From NCBI RefSeq assembly GCF_006345805.1, contig NC_042999.1, positions 90,458,001 to 90,522,000 of the forward strand: a DNA stretch of 64,000 bases. Direction: 5' to 3'. This document shows positions 22,926 to 35,215 of the stretch, piece by piece (position 1 is the stretch's first letter; each line of letters begins with the position of its first letter). This DNA comes from Octopus sinensis. Its lineage: Eukaryota. The notes under the pieces were generated by a model. The model made no database searches, had not been told where the DNA came from, and worked only from the letters and a program-made list of their open reading frames with translations. A program made the position numbers and the translations under genes.

Positions 22926-23933
22926 GGTAATGTGCGTTTTACCACTATGATAAGTTTCCAGTGAGATAAATACTGTGACATGTCAGGAAGAGTTTAACAA
23001 TGACCTCTCAGCATTCGATTTAGAAGTAAAATGTACATAGTTAGGTAGAGATGTGTGTTTGCATGTATGTGTGTGTGTGTGTGTGTGTGTATGCGTGCAT
23101 GTGTGCATGCGTACATGTATATATATATATACACACACACAAATATATATTATATATTATGTGTGTGTGTGTGTGTGTGTGTGTCTGTGTGTATACAGGC
23201 ATAGATATGTTCACCCACACACAAAAATTCACAAATAGATATACTTTCAATCATTGCACTCAATGTACATACAATGCAAGCATATTACAAATGCACACAC
23301 AGAAATGTAGTTAAATACACATACACGCAAATAACTTCATGCACACATCACACACATATAAATGGTACTTAAGGACTCCCATACCAACAGATTCTGACAC
23401 CTACGTATATACTTACAAAAACACGCTTCTGGATATGACTGCATATTCCTACAAAGACATATTCCAACCTCCCACACATATACTCAAATGTATTGCTGTT
23501 CGCTCCCATCAGTGTCGACACATAAGTGTTTGAAGGAGAGGATTTAAAGAAAAGACAAAAAAAATGTGAGAAAAAGAGAAAACAACTTTTAAAAATAAAA
23601 GAACAAAAAATATTAAATATATTTGTTGGTGTAACTCTGGGCTAACCAAAGTCTTGTGAGTGGATTTACTAGAAGAAAATTGAAAGAAGCCTATTGTGTA
23701 TGTGTGTATGTATGTATGTATGTATGTATGTATGTATGTATGTATGTATGTATGTATGTATGTATGTATTTATGTATGTATGTATTTATTAGAAGAAAAA
23801 GGACAAGACCAAGGCAGGATGAGTATATCAAGTCATTTAGAATATTCAATTAGAGTAAGGTGAATCTGAAGTAATTAATTAGTTAGTTTGTTACTTAATT
23901 ATTGGATGCCTTACAGTTACAAATATTCTAAAT

Positions 23934-24880
23934 CAGTGCTACTCAAGTGGTGGTCCACAGACCGGTACCAGTTCGTGAGCCATCAGCTGGTGGTACATGG
24001 CAGCGAGCTGGCAGAAATGTTAGCATGCTGGGTGAAATGCTTAGCGGTATTTCGTCTGGTGCAACGTTGTGAGTTCAAATTCCGCTGAGGTCGACTTTGC
24101 CTTTCATCCTTTCGGGGTCGATAAATTAAGTACCAGTTACGCACTGGGGTCGATGTAATCGACTTAATACCTATGTCTGTTCTTGTTTGTCCTCTCTATG
24201 TTTAGCCCCTTGTGGGTAATAAAGAAATAGGTACATGGCGAGTTTCCAGAAGAGAAAGAAAAAATAGTATAGTTTCAGTAATTTCTCCTTATGCACTGCA
24301 GTAAACAACTTATCAGCTGGCCCATGGAGCAAGGAACTCACTGACTGTAGTAGAGATTGTATAAGTAAATGTAGTATATTTGTGATTTGGCAATATATTT
24401 TCTATTTACTATAGCTTACTGGTGTAGTATTAAAATTATATTAGTATTTGCACTTGTAGGATGTTGTTACTTGTGCTGTAGAGAGATCAAAAAGAAGTGA
24501 GTCGAGGTAGTGGAGCTCTGGTGAGTGGCAATATCTGGCAACCTTGTGAGTAGGCTGGTCACCCATAGTTACCATCAAGAAGTTGAACAGAGAGCATCAT
24601 ACGTCAGAAATAGATATTTGAAGTGTCAGACATAAATAATTGCACTTTGTGGGCTTCTTATAAAGTAGTGCTTTGAATTGCTAAGGCTAAAAAGCTATAC
24701 ACAATCGGTGAAATGCTAATGACAGGTTGTATTCAAGATGTCTGCATGGAAACGTTAGGTGAACCAGCAGCAAAGAAAGTGGCTCAGGTGCCACTTTCAA
24801 ATGACACTATAGCTTGATGAATTCACAATCTGACTCAAGATATGGAAAATCAGCTCAAAGGACAGATTAAATTAAAAAGT
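23934..24880 (+). mobile_element. hAT (Charlie/Buster) DNA transposon 5' fragment
   Basis: Charlie-type end CAGTGCTACTCAAGTGGTGGTCC at 23934. Transposase remnant 24647-24874: LWASYKVVL*IAKAKKLYTIGE...AAKKVAQVPLSNDTIA**I (ZBED5/Buster-like). Confidence 0.85.
24002..24229 (+). mobile_element. tRNA-derived SINE family B, full length, inserted in the hAT element
   Basis: GAGCTGGCAGAA head, GAGTTCAAATTCC B-box-like motif, AAAGAAATA tail, and a 10-bp TSD GGTACATGGC (23992-24001, 24230-24239). Confidence 0.9.
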
Positions 24881-25412
24881 GGGAGTAATTTTTGAAAAAA
24901 TTTACCAAAGACACTAAAAATTAAATATGCTGATTCTTCAACTTTTGTCTAGCTGAAAAGATATTCTTTTAATGACAAATTCACCACAAGAGGCAAAACT
25001 TGTGTTTGAAAATCTAAAAAGAAATTTCTGGAAAAAAGTTGTTAACAAAAAAGGGAAATGAAATTTTGAAATGTTGTTTACTTTTGGTAAAATTGTAATC
25101 TCAGTAGTTGAAAATGTAGGAATCTAAAGAAATAGAAAAAAAAATGTGGGTTGATAAAATAACTATGTGACATATTCATCTGAATGTGTGTGTGTGTGTG
25201 TGTGTATTTATAAGCTCCATTGTTGCCTTATGTAAGTATATCATGTTCATAAATAGTGTAAGAAAACTGAAATGATGTGAAAAAAGTTTATTTTTTCATT
25301 TTTTATTTTTATCTTTTATTGCAGCTTAAATTGATGTCTAGCTTTCACCTTGTCCTCAGTATGTCAATCAAATCTTCATCTTAAACCTTTAAATTCCGAC
25401 AGAATTATTTAC

Positions 25413-25598
25413 CAGCTGCTGGATTCTCTTAGTTTGTCCTGGCCTGCTTTCTTCACAATCTCCAGGTAGTGGTTGTGTGGTCTGAAGAAATTCTCTTCTT
25501 GATCATAAGATTCTGGTGGTTTGACCATATTGCATAGCATCTTGAGTAGGAATCTTTGACCATAGTCATGGTTTGAGCAATATTTCGTTAGATGGAAA
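25413..25598 (-). CDS. Candidate internal coding exon of an unidentified host gene
   Basis: Acceptor ggtttttgcccAG, donor TG|gtaaat, 186 nt, symmetric phase 2-2, only one open frame: FHLTKYCSNHDYGQRFLLKMLCNMVKPPESYDQEENFFRPHNHYLEIVKKAGQDKLRESSS. Non-repetitive and more GC-rich than its flanks. Confidence 0.55.
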
Positions 25599-25718
25599 CT
25601 GGGCAAAAACCATCACATACATATGCACATCTGCATAGAAGTCTGTGTCAGTGTCTGTGTGTGTGAGTGTGTGTGTGTGAAGGAGATAGACAAAGAGAGG
25701 GAGAGAGAGAAAGAAAGA

Positions 25719-25749
<31 letters not shown>

Positions 25750-26447
25750 AAGAAAGAGAAAGAGAGAAAGAGGGAGAGGGAAAGAGAAAGAAAAAAGAGG
25801 GTGAGGAAGAGAGAAAGAGAGAGAGAGAGAGAGAATGTATATGTGTGTGTGTAAAACTTGTTAATCAGTAAGAAAACTAAAAAACTGATGTTTTTGAAAG
25901 ATCCTCTTGTTATTTTTGCAATCAGAAATGCAATGTGCCAGTGACTGGATCATTACAAATATAACTAACAACAATATTGTCTACAAATTGTAATATAAAA
26001 TAAATATATAAGAATAAAAATTCTAGAACCATTAATTCTGCGTCCACTAATCAGTTGTTTCTAGATGGGCATTCAGAAAATGCATTCCAGTAAGTCCCAC
26101 CTCTACTTTCTTATCATCCAGCTCTTTCTCTCTCTCTCTCTCTCCCTCCCTCTCCCTCTTCCTCTCTCTCTCTCTCTTTCTCATTAATTTCTAACTTTGT
26201 GTAGGTAAATGAGCATGGTTAAAATTTTGCACTACTGATTACATGGTTATAAATTCATTAAATCAAACTTATAATAATTGTGTTATGCCCTTCTAAAATT
26301 ACCTAATTTAGTGGTCCTACTTTGTCAGAGATGCATGCACACACAAAAAAAGAAACCCTCTCCTATTTCATGGTTGAGAAGTTAGTAATAGGATAGACAT
26401 TCTGCTGTAAAAAATTTTCTCCTGAAGTAAACTTTTCTTCTCTAAGC

Positions 26448-26772
26448 ACAAGGCCCGAAATTTTGGGGGAGGAGGCCAGTTGATTAGATCGACCCCAGTA
26501 TGCAACTGGTACTTAATTTATCGACTCCAGTATGCAAATGGCACTTAATTTATCGACCCCAAAAGGATGAAAGGCAAAGTCAAACAAGGACAGACAAATG
26601 GATTAAGTTGATTATATCGACCCCAGTGCATAACTGGTACTTATTTAATCGACCCCGAAAGGATGACACGCAAAGTCAACCTCAGTGGAATTTGAACTCA
26701 GAATGTAGTGGAAGACGAAATACCGCTAAGTATTTTGCCCGGCATGCTAACGATTCTGCTTGTTCGCCGCTT
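26448..26772 (-). mobile_element. Two nested SINE family B copies with a ~32-bp internal tandem duplication
   Basis: The CCAGTATGCAA.TGG.ACTTAATTTATCGAC block occurs twice, then a second body runs from ~26580. Confidence 0.8.
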
Positions 26773-27109
26773 TTCTCCAGAAGTAAACTGTTTCACTCAA
26801 GCAAAGAGGAGAACAGGGTTATAAGACTGTTCACTAATATTTTTGTTATGATTAGTTGATTCTTGGTTAAGTGAGTTTATGTTATATTCATGATATATTT
26901 TTCTTCTGCCTTACTATCTAAAAAAATTAAACTCTGCTCTTACTTAAAAAGGGCAAGTTTTAGTTAAACTGAATGTCTGCAATAGAGGAATTGACAGATC
27001 TTATCCTGAAGGTTGTGCTTAATTAAATCTAGAGATAGAAATAATGATTCCTAACAGAGGCACAGAAATTTTTAAGGAAAAGTGCAATAAATTTAATTGA
27101 CCACCATCT

Positions 27110-27580
27110 GCTCCCACCAGTACTCCTTTGATGTTCATATTATTAACACTAGAAAGATGAAAGGCACAGTTAACATTTGTAGAAAGTGAACTCAGAATGT
27201 AAAGGAACACAGTTGACTTTTTACTGATTCTTTCAATCCCTGCCCCCAATGATGATAATAGCAGTTTCTGGTATGTGCACAAGGTCGAAATTTGCAGAAA
27301 GGGGACTAGATGGTTATATTGATTCCAGTGCTTGATAGTTATTTTATCTTATTTATATTAGAAAGATGAAAGGCAAACTTGACTATGGCTGGATTTTAAT
27401 GCTGAATGGTAAGAGCTGGAACAAATATCACAAGGCATTTTGTTTGAAATTGATAATTCTGTTAATCCACTGCATTGATGATGATGATGATGATGATCAT
27501 GATGATGACAATGACGACGACGACGACGACGACGATGGTTTCAAATTTTGGCACAAGGCCAGCAATTTTAGCAATTTTTG
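27110..27580 (-). mobile_element. Decayed SINE family B copies with a (GAT)/(GAC)n tract
   Basis: GAAAGATGAAAGGCA and GCACAAGG blocks shared with family B. Confidence 0.55.
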
Positions 27581-28029
27581 CACAAAATCATCAAAGATAA
27601 CTTATGAATGTTCAACTATTGCTTAATGACCTGCACAAATGATTTGTTTAAAGTGATCAAATGTCTGTGCCATACACTGGCTCACTCCCTCCATCATTCA
27701 TATTGACGTTGCCTGAGCAGGTTCATGGTGTACCATGTGTCAGGTGTCGAAGTGACCACAGAACAATGTAAGATGAAGTGTTTTGATCAAGAACACCCTA
27801 TCTACTAGATGTTGCATCCTAACAACAATGACTTCTTTACTGACCACATTAAGAAAATCATTATGGATGGTACAGGACAAGATAAAGTCAGTGTGTGCAT
27901 ATGTGTGTGATTGCCTGTTGTTGCGAGGGTTTTGCATGTAAACAGGTTTAATGTAATAAGAAAAATAAACAATAATTTTTATTTTTATTTACCAAGGCTT
28001 ATTCCCCATATAAACGGGTAGCCACAACA

Positions 28030-28320
28030 AAACATACACCAGGCATTTCATTCATTTCCCAGCTCAAAGAGGTGAGCCCCATCCTTGATATGACTCTAAA
28101 CTGCATCCAGTAGGGGGACCCTGGGGCCCTGGTTTCTCAGGTCTACTCTGACCTCTGGCCTCTGGCCTGGACCTGTAAGGGTCCCAGCTATGGGTTTACT
28201 AGCAAACCTTCTGCAACTGGGGAGGGGGCTGGTAGAATGCAGTTGCTGTACTCTCTGCATGGTGTAAGAAGTGACTGAAAGGGGTGGGAGCAAAGGGACT
28301 GGGAATCCACTCTTAGTAAT
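28030..28320 (+). mobile_element. GC-rich probable RTE LINE 5' UTR remnant containing a twister-like motif
   Basis: A GC island in AT-rich DNA. CTGCATGGTGTAAGAAGTGACTGAAAGGGG resembles a motif I recall from RTE 5' UTRs. Structured region at 28115-28236. Confidence 0.4.
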
Positions 28321-28578
28321 TCTGTTTCCTAAAAAGACAACAAGTAAATGATAATAATAATGATAATAATAATAATAATTTATAATATAGGCATTACTTC
28401 TGAAAGTTATTGATCATGTGAGTTGTGTTTCTGGCAATGTCTTGTGTACGAGTTCTTTGAAATGTTCCACTTTGTTAAAAAAAAATGCCTATTTTTCACT
28501 ACCACCCCTTGAAAGACTTGTTTTGCTATCATTGCATGACAAGGACATGATGTTTGAGACACTTCAGTCAGATCATAC

Positions 28579-28832
28579 AGTGTGTATACATGTGCTTTGT
28601 ATTTGTTGAATTGCCTTTGTATTGTTTGTGTTGTTGGTGGTGCTGGAGGTGAAACTTTTCTCATAAGTTGTGGTGTTAGTCTCTGCTGTCAACATTGGTG
28701 ATAAAGGTAGTGGTGAAGATATTACTGCTTCTGTTCTAGCTGGAGGTGTTGATGTTTTTGATGTGTCTTCTTTTACTGTTGTTGCTACTACTACTTCTGT
28801 TGTCAGTGGTTTTGCTGTTGTGTTTGTAGTAT
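28579..28832 (-). CDS. Candidate Thr/Ser/Pro-rich (mucin-like) exon
   Basis: Acceptor ccccaacttctgcAG, open frame TTNTTAKPLTTEVVVATTVKEDTSKTSTPPARTEAVISSPLPLSPMLTAETNTTTYEKSF..., donor CT|gtatga. Could be trinucleotide-derived low complexity. Confidence 0.33.
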
Positions 28833-28880
28833 CTGCAGAAGTTGGGGAGTTTCTCATTTCAAATTTTGCTGCACCACAAA

Positions 28881-28950
28881 TGAGGTGATGTCAAAAAGTT
28901 CCTGGACTATTTCTGAAATGCATCAACAGATGGCAGCACATGGTTGCCAT
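28881..28950. mobile_element. Solo mariner-type terminal repeat
   Basis: ATGAGGTGATGTCAAAAAGTTCCTGGAC resembles the TIRs at 42892/43107 and 34160. Confidence 0.45.
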
Positions 28951-29319
28951 CTGGTTTGCCAGCCCTCAGTCAAATCGTCCAACCCATGCTAGCATGGAAA
29001 GCAGACATTAAACGATGATGATGATAATGATGATGATGATGATGATGAATTGTTAATATGCTGAATAAAATATTTAGCAGCATTTCTTCTGAGTTTAAAT
29101 TCTGCTGAGCTTGACTTTGCCTTTCATCCTTTCGGGGTTGATGAAATAAGTCCCTGTTGAGCACTGGGGCCAATGTAATTGGGTAACCCCCTCCCATCAA
29201 ACTTCAGGCCTTGTGCAGAATGTGAACTCAGCATGTAAAGAACCACATGAAATACTGCAATGTTTTCTCCAATACTCTAATGATTCTGCCAGCTCAGTGA
29301 TAATAACAATTTACTTTGA

Positions 29320-29880
29320 ATGTTGGAAACATTGGCCATGAGTAATGCTGCACCAATAATAAACAGATACATTAAACATGCCATGGGTAAACAGCAAATG
29401 ATTCTACAGAAACAGACAAAAGAGGGAATTATAAAATCTAACTTCATTTCTAAGGGAGGACAAATACTCTCAGAATATATAGGATTTTTACCCTTTTTAC
29501 AGTGAGAAGTCAATAGTAAAAAAAAAGAAGCTAACAAATAAAATTGCCCAAAAGATAGAAGAGAAGATAAAAAAAGTTACTCCTATACAACAGTTGTATG
29601 GATTGGAACTTTGGCATGATATAGAAATAAAAATGCTTCCTAGTCTTTTAGTTTTTCTACAATTTAACATCAGATTTTGAAGTAGACAATAACCAGAGTA
29701 ATAATATGTATTGATATTTCTATCAGAGAAAATCAATTTGATCAATGCTATAAGAATCCCAAAAGATTAACAGCATTTTGCTGTCAAAAACATTTGTTCT
29801 TCCAGCTTTGAGATGTGCAATCCAATTATAAATGGTTGCATTACATGGCCGATTTGTTCCATAAGTTTCATTCAAATTAT
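29320..29880 (+). pseudogene. Heavily decayed hAT/Buster-like transposase remnant
   Basis: Patchy motifs across frames (AAPIINRYIK, LYGLELWHDIEI, WLHYMADLFHK) are reminiscent of Buster VKIINFIK, LFELR.EI and LAYLADIF.K. Weak. Confidence 0.28.
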
Positions 29881-30210
29881 TGAATAATAATCTGTGATTG
29901 AAAAATCTTGTTCAAAAGAGGGAAAGGGATAATACTTTGTCAGTTTCTCTTGTCACACATAATTTTGAATTATGCTTTTTATGTAAAGTTAAGTAAAGAT
30001 TGAAATGCTACTATATATGTGAGTGCGTGTGTGTGTGTTTGAGGTAGTGCATGTGTGTCTGTCTCAATCTGTATGTGTGTGTGTGTTCATGTTTATGAAT
30101 AAGTATGTATGCTGATTTTCATAATTAGATTAGTTTCAACGGCTTTATATCTTCTGGTCAACCGTAGAGACTTAATGGAGTCCCCAGCTGTATGAGTATC
30201 CTTACGTGTA

Positions 30211-30286
<76 letters not shown>

Positions 30287-30670
30287 AGTCTGTCTGTCTG
30301 TCTATCTATCTGTGTGTGTGTGTGTATGTGTGTGCGTGTATGTGTGTGTGTTGTGTGCGTGTGTGTGTGTGCGTGTGTGCATGTGTGTATGTATGCATCA
30401 AGATCATCATTACCATTTTGCCATTGTCATTGTCATCATCATTGTCACCATCTTTGTATTATGTATGCTTTCCTGCTGTTGCATTGGACAGGTACCACTG
30501 TTGAAGTCACCACATATTTTGGGGTACTGTTTATCAAGACAGGTCACATGTTTCATTTTGGGATGGATTTCTATGACTGGAGGCCCTTCACACTTTTAGA
30601 GTGTTTAGCAAGTGCCGTTCACACAGTGCCAACTCAAGAGCTGTATCACATTCTTGAAAAGACTATATAT

Positions 30671-30831
<161 letters not shown>

Positions 30832-30992
30832 TAATGGAAAAATTTAATCATCACTAAATGTGCCTAGCTGTTTATAATAATTTTTAGTATACATACATAT
30901 TTTCTACATATATATATGCATGAATAAATATACATACATTCATATATATATATATGTATGTATATATGTATGTATGTATGCATGTATGTATG

Positions 30993-31043
<51 letters not shown>

Positions 31044-31063
31044 ATATTTATATATATATAAAA

Positions 31064-31362
31064 AAAAGCACCATCCGTTTGTGTCCGTTGCCAGCCTCGC
31101 CTGGCCCCCGTGCCGGTGGCACATAAAAGCACCATCTGTTCGTGGCCGTTTGCAAGCTCCGTCTGGCACCTGTGCGGGTGGCACGTAAAAAGCACCCACT
31201 ACACTCACGGAGTGGTTGGCGTTAGGAAGGGCATCCAGCTGTAGAAACACTGCCAGATCAGACTGGGCCTGATGCAGCCTTCTGGCTTCACAGACCCCAG
31301 TTGAACCGTCCAACCCATGCTAGCATGGAAAGCGGACGCTAAATGATGATGATGATGATGAT
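31064..31362 (+). mobile_element. RTE 3'-tail repeat ending in (GAT)n
   Basis: TTAGGAAGGGCATCCAGCTGTAGAAAC...CCCATGCTAGCATGGAAAGCGGACG..(GAT)n. CpGs retained, so a relatively young copy. Confidence 0.85.
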
Positions 31363-32229
31363 AAACACACACACACACATGATACACTACTGTAAATACT
31401 CTTATATAGAGGTGTGTATGCTTGTGTGTTTGTGCGTGAATATGTTCTTATATACTTAAGTGAATATTCACACATAAGTAATATACACACTTAGATGTAT
31501 AATTATATGTGGGATTAAATAGGTGTGACTATGTGGGTGGAGCTGTTTAAGATGGTTTACATTTCAGGGCAAATATATCTCTGTGAAGTGAGTGCATTGA
31601 TACTGTATATCCACTACAGTATTTTGCAAAGTTGCTTGAAATCTCGCCTCTAAGGCAATTAAAGAAGCTGTTTATTTGAATAGATAATAAATATTTGCTA
31701 AAGTCAATATTATTTTATATTTTGTCGTGAGTAGGTGTTGAGACATTGATATATTCTAAGTTGGCTGTGTCTACTGAGGCTCATTGAAGAAGGTGTTGGT
31801 CTCTACAATAATGTAGGATGTGCATACTTTACCACTGGGATTGTAGTTCTTGTTGTGCAGCCCTTGGTTACTTTTCAATAAGCGGATTTAATGTTCTATG
31901 GCATTGCAGATGTGAATAATCCATTGTGTAGATATTGCATGTGTCTTTTTTCTAAGATGGTTAAGTATCACTATCATTATAGTGCCCACTTTTCCATGGA
32001 TTAAATGGAATTTATCGAGGCAGATTCTCTACAGTTTGATGGCCTACCTGTTGCCAACTCTTACCTTTTTCAAGCAAGGTAATATTTTCCTATGGCCAGA
32101 CATGTTTTTGAAGAATATTGGAAATGAATGACATTCATTTGCAACAGTCATCCTATGTCAAGACAGGATAGCACACACACACACATATGCACATGTGCAC
32201 ACACGCTCGTGTGCACATGCACGCACACT

Positions 32230-32390
32230 GAGCTTCTTTCAGTTTCTCTTTCTACCAAATTCACTCACAAGGCTTTAGTCAGCCTGGAGCTGTAGTAGAA
32301 GATATGTGCCTAAGGTGCTACTTGGTGGGACTGAATCCCAAACCATATAGTTGGGAAGCAAACTTCTTACCTCACAACTATGCTTAATTT
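32230..32390 (-). mobile_element. SINE family A, 5' part
   Basis: Reverse complement of the family A head and body. Confidence 0.75.
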
Positions 32391-32784
32391 GAGTATGATT
32401 AGAGAAAAATTTGGTTTTTATATCAAGCAGTAATTGCGTAGAAGCTTCTACACTGCAGTAATCTTGATGCATGTCTGTTTAAATATCTGTGTAAATATCT
32501 TGTGATTAAACTGACAATTCACTAGTAAGTAGTATCTATAGAGATGCAGTAGATATCTGTTATAATAATGTTGGTGAAGATATAATGCCACCATAGTGGC
32601 CGTATTTATGTTGTGCTGGCTGGAGTATTGTAATGGTGGTTGTGATGTAATAGAGACTGTAGCTGTGCATATGTGTATGAAGTGTTGTTGGCAGCTGTAT
32701 CTGTGTGATACTGTCTGAGAGATGTGGTGGTAGCAATAGCTATGATGGCTAGAGTATTGTGGTGGTCACTATGGTCTTGTTGTG

Positions 32785-33090
32785 GTAGGTATATACATAT
32801 ATTGTAAAGGATATTTGGCTCATAATTGTGAGTTCAATTCTTGGCAACGTGTTGTGTCTTTGAGCAAGACACTTTATTTCATGTTGCTCCAGTCCACTCA
32901 GCTTGCAATATTGGGTAGTATCTGTATTTCAAAGGGCCAACCTGGTCACATTCTGTGTCATGCTGAATCTCCCTGAGAACTACATTAAGGGTTTGTGGAT
33001 TGCTCAGCCACTTGCACGTTAATTTCATGAGCAGGCCGCTTTGTTGATCGGATCAACTGGAACCCTTGTCATCGTAAGAGGAAGCACCAG
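32785..33090 (+). mobile_element. Third SINE family (tRNA-like head, GTGTC.TTGAGCAAGACACTT core)
   Basis: B-box-like GAGTTCAATTC. A related decayed copy lies on the minus strand at ~27640-27830. Confidence 0.6.
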
Positions 33091-33189
33091 TTTGGTCATA
33101 TACTGGGGTTATTGTATTTAATTGTTCTCTCTGTCTAGAACTGTGACTCTGTACCAATGTAAGAAATCATTATTGTTATTATCATGGAG

Positions 33190-33355
33190 GTAGTGAGTTG
33201 GCAGAATCATTAGCATGTTGGACGAAATGTTTAGTGGCATTTCTTCCAGCTTTATGTTTTGAGTTCAAATTCTTCCAAGTTTGACTTTGCTTTCCATCCT
33301 TTTGAGGCTGACAAAATAAGTACCAATTAAGCACTGAGGGTTGATGCAATTGACA
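33190..33355 (+). mobile_element. SINE family B
   Basis: GAGTTGGCAGAATCATTAGC head and TTGACTTTGCTTTCCATCCTTT body. Confidence 0.75.
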
Positions 33356-33364
33356 GGTTTACAC

Positions 33365-34160
33365 TTTTATCACCTTTAAAGTATTCTTCATTTGAAGAAA
33401 TGCATTGGTCCAGGTGTGTCAGGTGTGTTTTCCACTATCTGAAACTGCTGGAACTCTTGTGAAGTGATGCCTTTCAATGCTTCCATCGTTTTTTTTCCAC
33501 CTCTTTCACATCTGTAAGTTCCATAGCACCAGCTTTTATCACCAGTGATGACCTTTGAAAAAAGGTCTGGATCAACTTCCAACTGTTCTTTCAGTTCATG
33601 ACATGCATCCAGTTGTGATTGCTTTTGATCTTCCATGAGCAAGTGAGGCACAAATTTAGATGCAACTTTTTTTCATTCACAATTCCTTGCTCAAAATTTG
33701 TTGGCAGGAGCTCTAGGACATACCAGTCACATCAACAAGTTCGTCAATTGTTCATGAATTTTCATGCTATTTTCATTCGTTCAGGAGGTTGACAGTCGTC
33801 CTGAATGAGGTTGGTCTTACAACAACAAGTGACCCTTCCTAAAGCATGGAAACTACTCGTAAACTTGTGTTTTGGTCATGGTAGCATCCTTGAAAGCTGT
33901 TCGAAGCATGACAACTGTTGTGGCTGCTGTTTTCCCCAGCAGAAAACAGAATTTCATGGAAGCATATTGTTCCTTCATTTCAGCCATTGCAAAAATCAAT
34001 GAATAGGGTAGAAACACTGTAAAACAAAGATGCACCACATGAAAGTAGTACTCCACTGATGATGCTGGTTGGCAGACTGATGCATTAAGTGCCTGAAGCC
34101 TGAACTACAACAGGTTTGTCTCACAGAGAACGTTTCTGGTTACTTTTGGATACCCCCTTG
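33365..34160 (-). mobile_element. Internally deleted mariner transposon
   Basis: 5' TIR CAAGGGGGTATCCAAAAGTAACC next to TA (34161-34162). ATG at 33987 gives MAEMKEQYASMKFCFLLGK...VASKFVPHLL...VITGDKSWCYG, then jumps to the C-terminal EALKGIT region. Confidence 0.88.
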
Positions 34161-34770
34161 TATGTTTGAAGGAAAAGTTGTTCCTTATATGAACACATAC
34201 ATGTATGTGTGTGTGTGTGAGCGCACAAATACAAACATATACATCAGGAAGCTACTATGTTTTGATAGATGTGCCACATTAATGTGCATGTATGGCAAAG
34301 TGCAATAATGATGAGAGAAAAACTGAACATAAGAGGAATCAGATGTAGTGTGCAAGAGAGAAGTCTGTGGCTATCACTAACAACCACAGCCACTGGTTCA
34401 TGTGTATGCCACTTATCTGTCACTTAGGATCTGCACATTCAGCTAACATCACAATGCATTCTTCTACTGAAACACTCATGCATACACTTACACTCTTTTT
34501 TGCTAGCTTATTGAATTCCCTTTCCACAATTCTGCGTTTGCTCTCTGACTGAGTTTTACCAGTCTTTATCATTATTAAATTCATTCTAATTTTCATCAAA
34601 TTTCCATCTGTCAGCCTCACCCAGTATTTCTTTACTTTTAACATCCTCAGTTTGTTACATGAATCAGCCATGTAATTTTTCCCTTTCCAATTATCCATCC
34701 TATTATCTTTCATTGTTGGCTGTCCTGCTGTATTAAGTCTAAACATGTGCTCTACCCATCTCATCTAATG

Positions 34771-35215
34771 TTAGCAGCTGCTACTACCAATGCTTGCTAG
34801 CATGCTCCACTGATGCCCATTAATCACGACTGTTCCAGGATGAAAGAGGATGACCCTGGTCTTGTTTCCCTCACTTCCTCTCTCCCCCTTCCTGTTCCAG
34901 TGGGGCCTCTTGACCATTAATGTCACAGCCTTACAACTCATCTCACCCCCACCCTCGATCTCAAAGATCATTTCCTCACTTCCCTCCATGTTAAAATCTG
35001 CCATCCAACTGGGTGGAGGCCTCACATGCTGTGATCTCTGTACACAGGGAGCCTTGTTCTCTTCCTCTCCTCCACCTTCATCGTCTGATGAAGTGACAAT
35101 TCTGCGAACATCCAAGGCAGAAACGTCTTGCTTCCCTCACTTCCTCTCTTCCCCTTCCTGCTCTGGTGGGGCCCCTTGATCATTGTTGTCACAGCCCTTT
35201 TCTTCCTGCTCATCC
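34771..35215 (-). mobile_element. Possible decayed LTR-retrotransposon (Copia-like) integrase-RT linker with a 70-bp direct repeat
   Basis: WEWDEQEE...SDDEGGGEEE...RSQHVRPPPSWMADF. Repeat copies at ~34861-34930 and ~35128-35197. Confidence 0.3.

Noticed and set aside
26188-26212. Recursive-splice-like YAG|GT sites (also ~3968, ~17533 and ~52584)
   Set aside because: Expected by chance in AT-rich DNA, and on the opposite strand to the best exon candidate.
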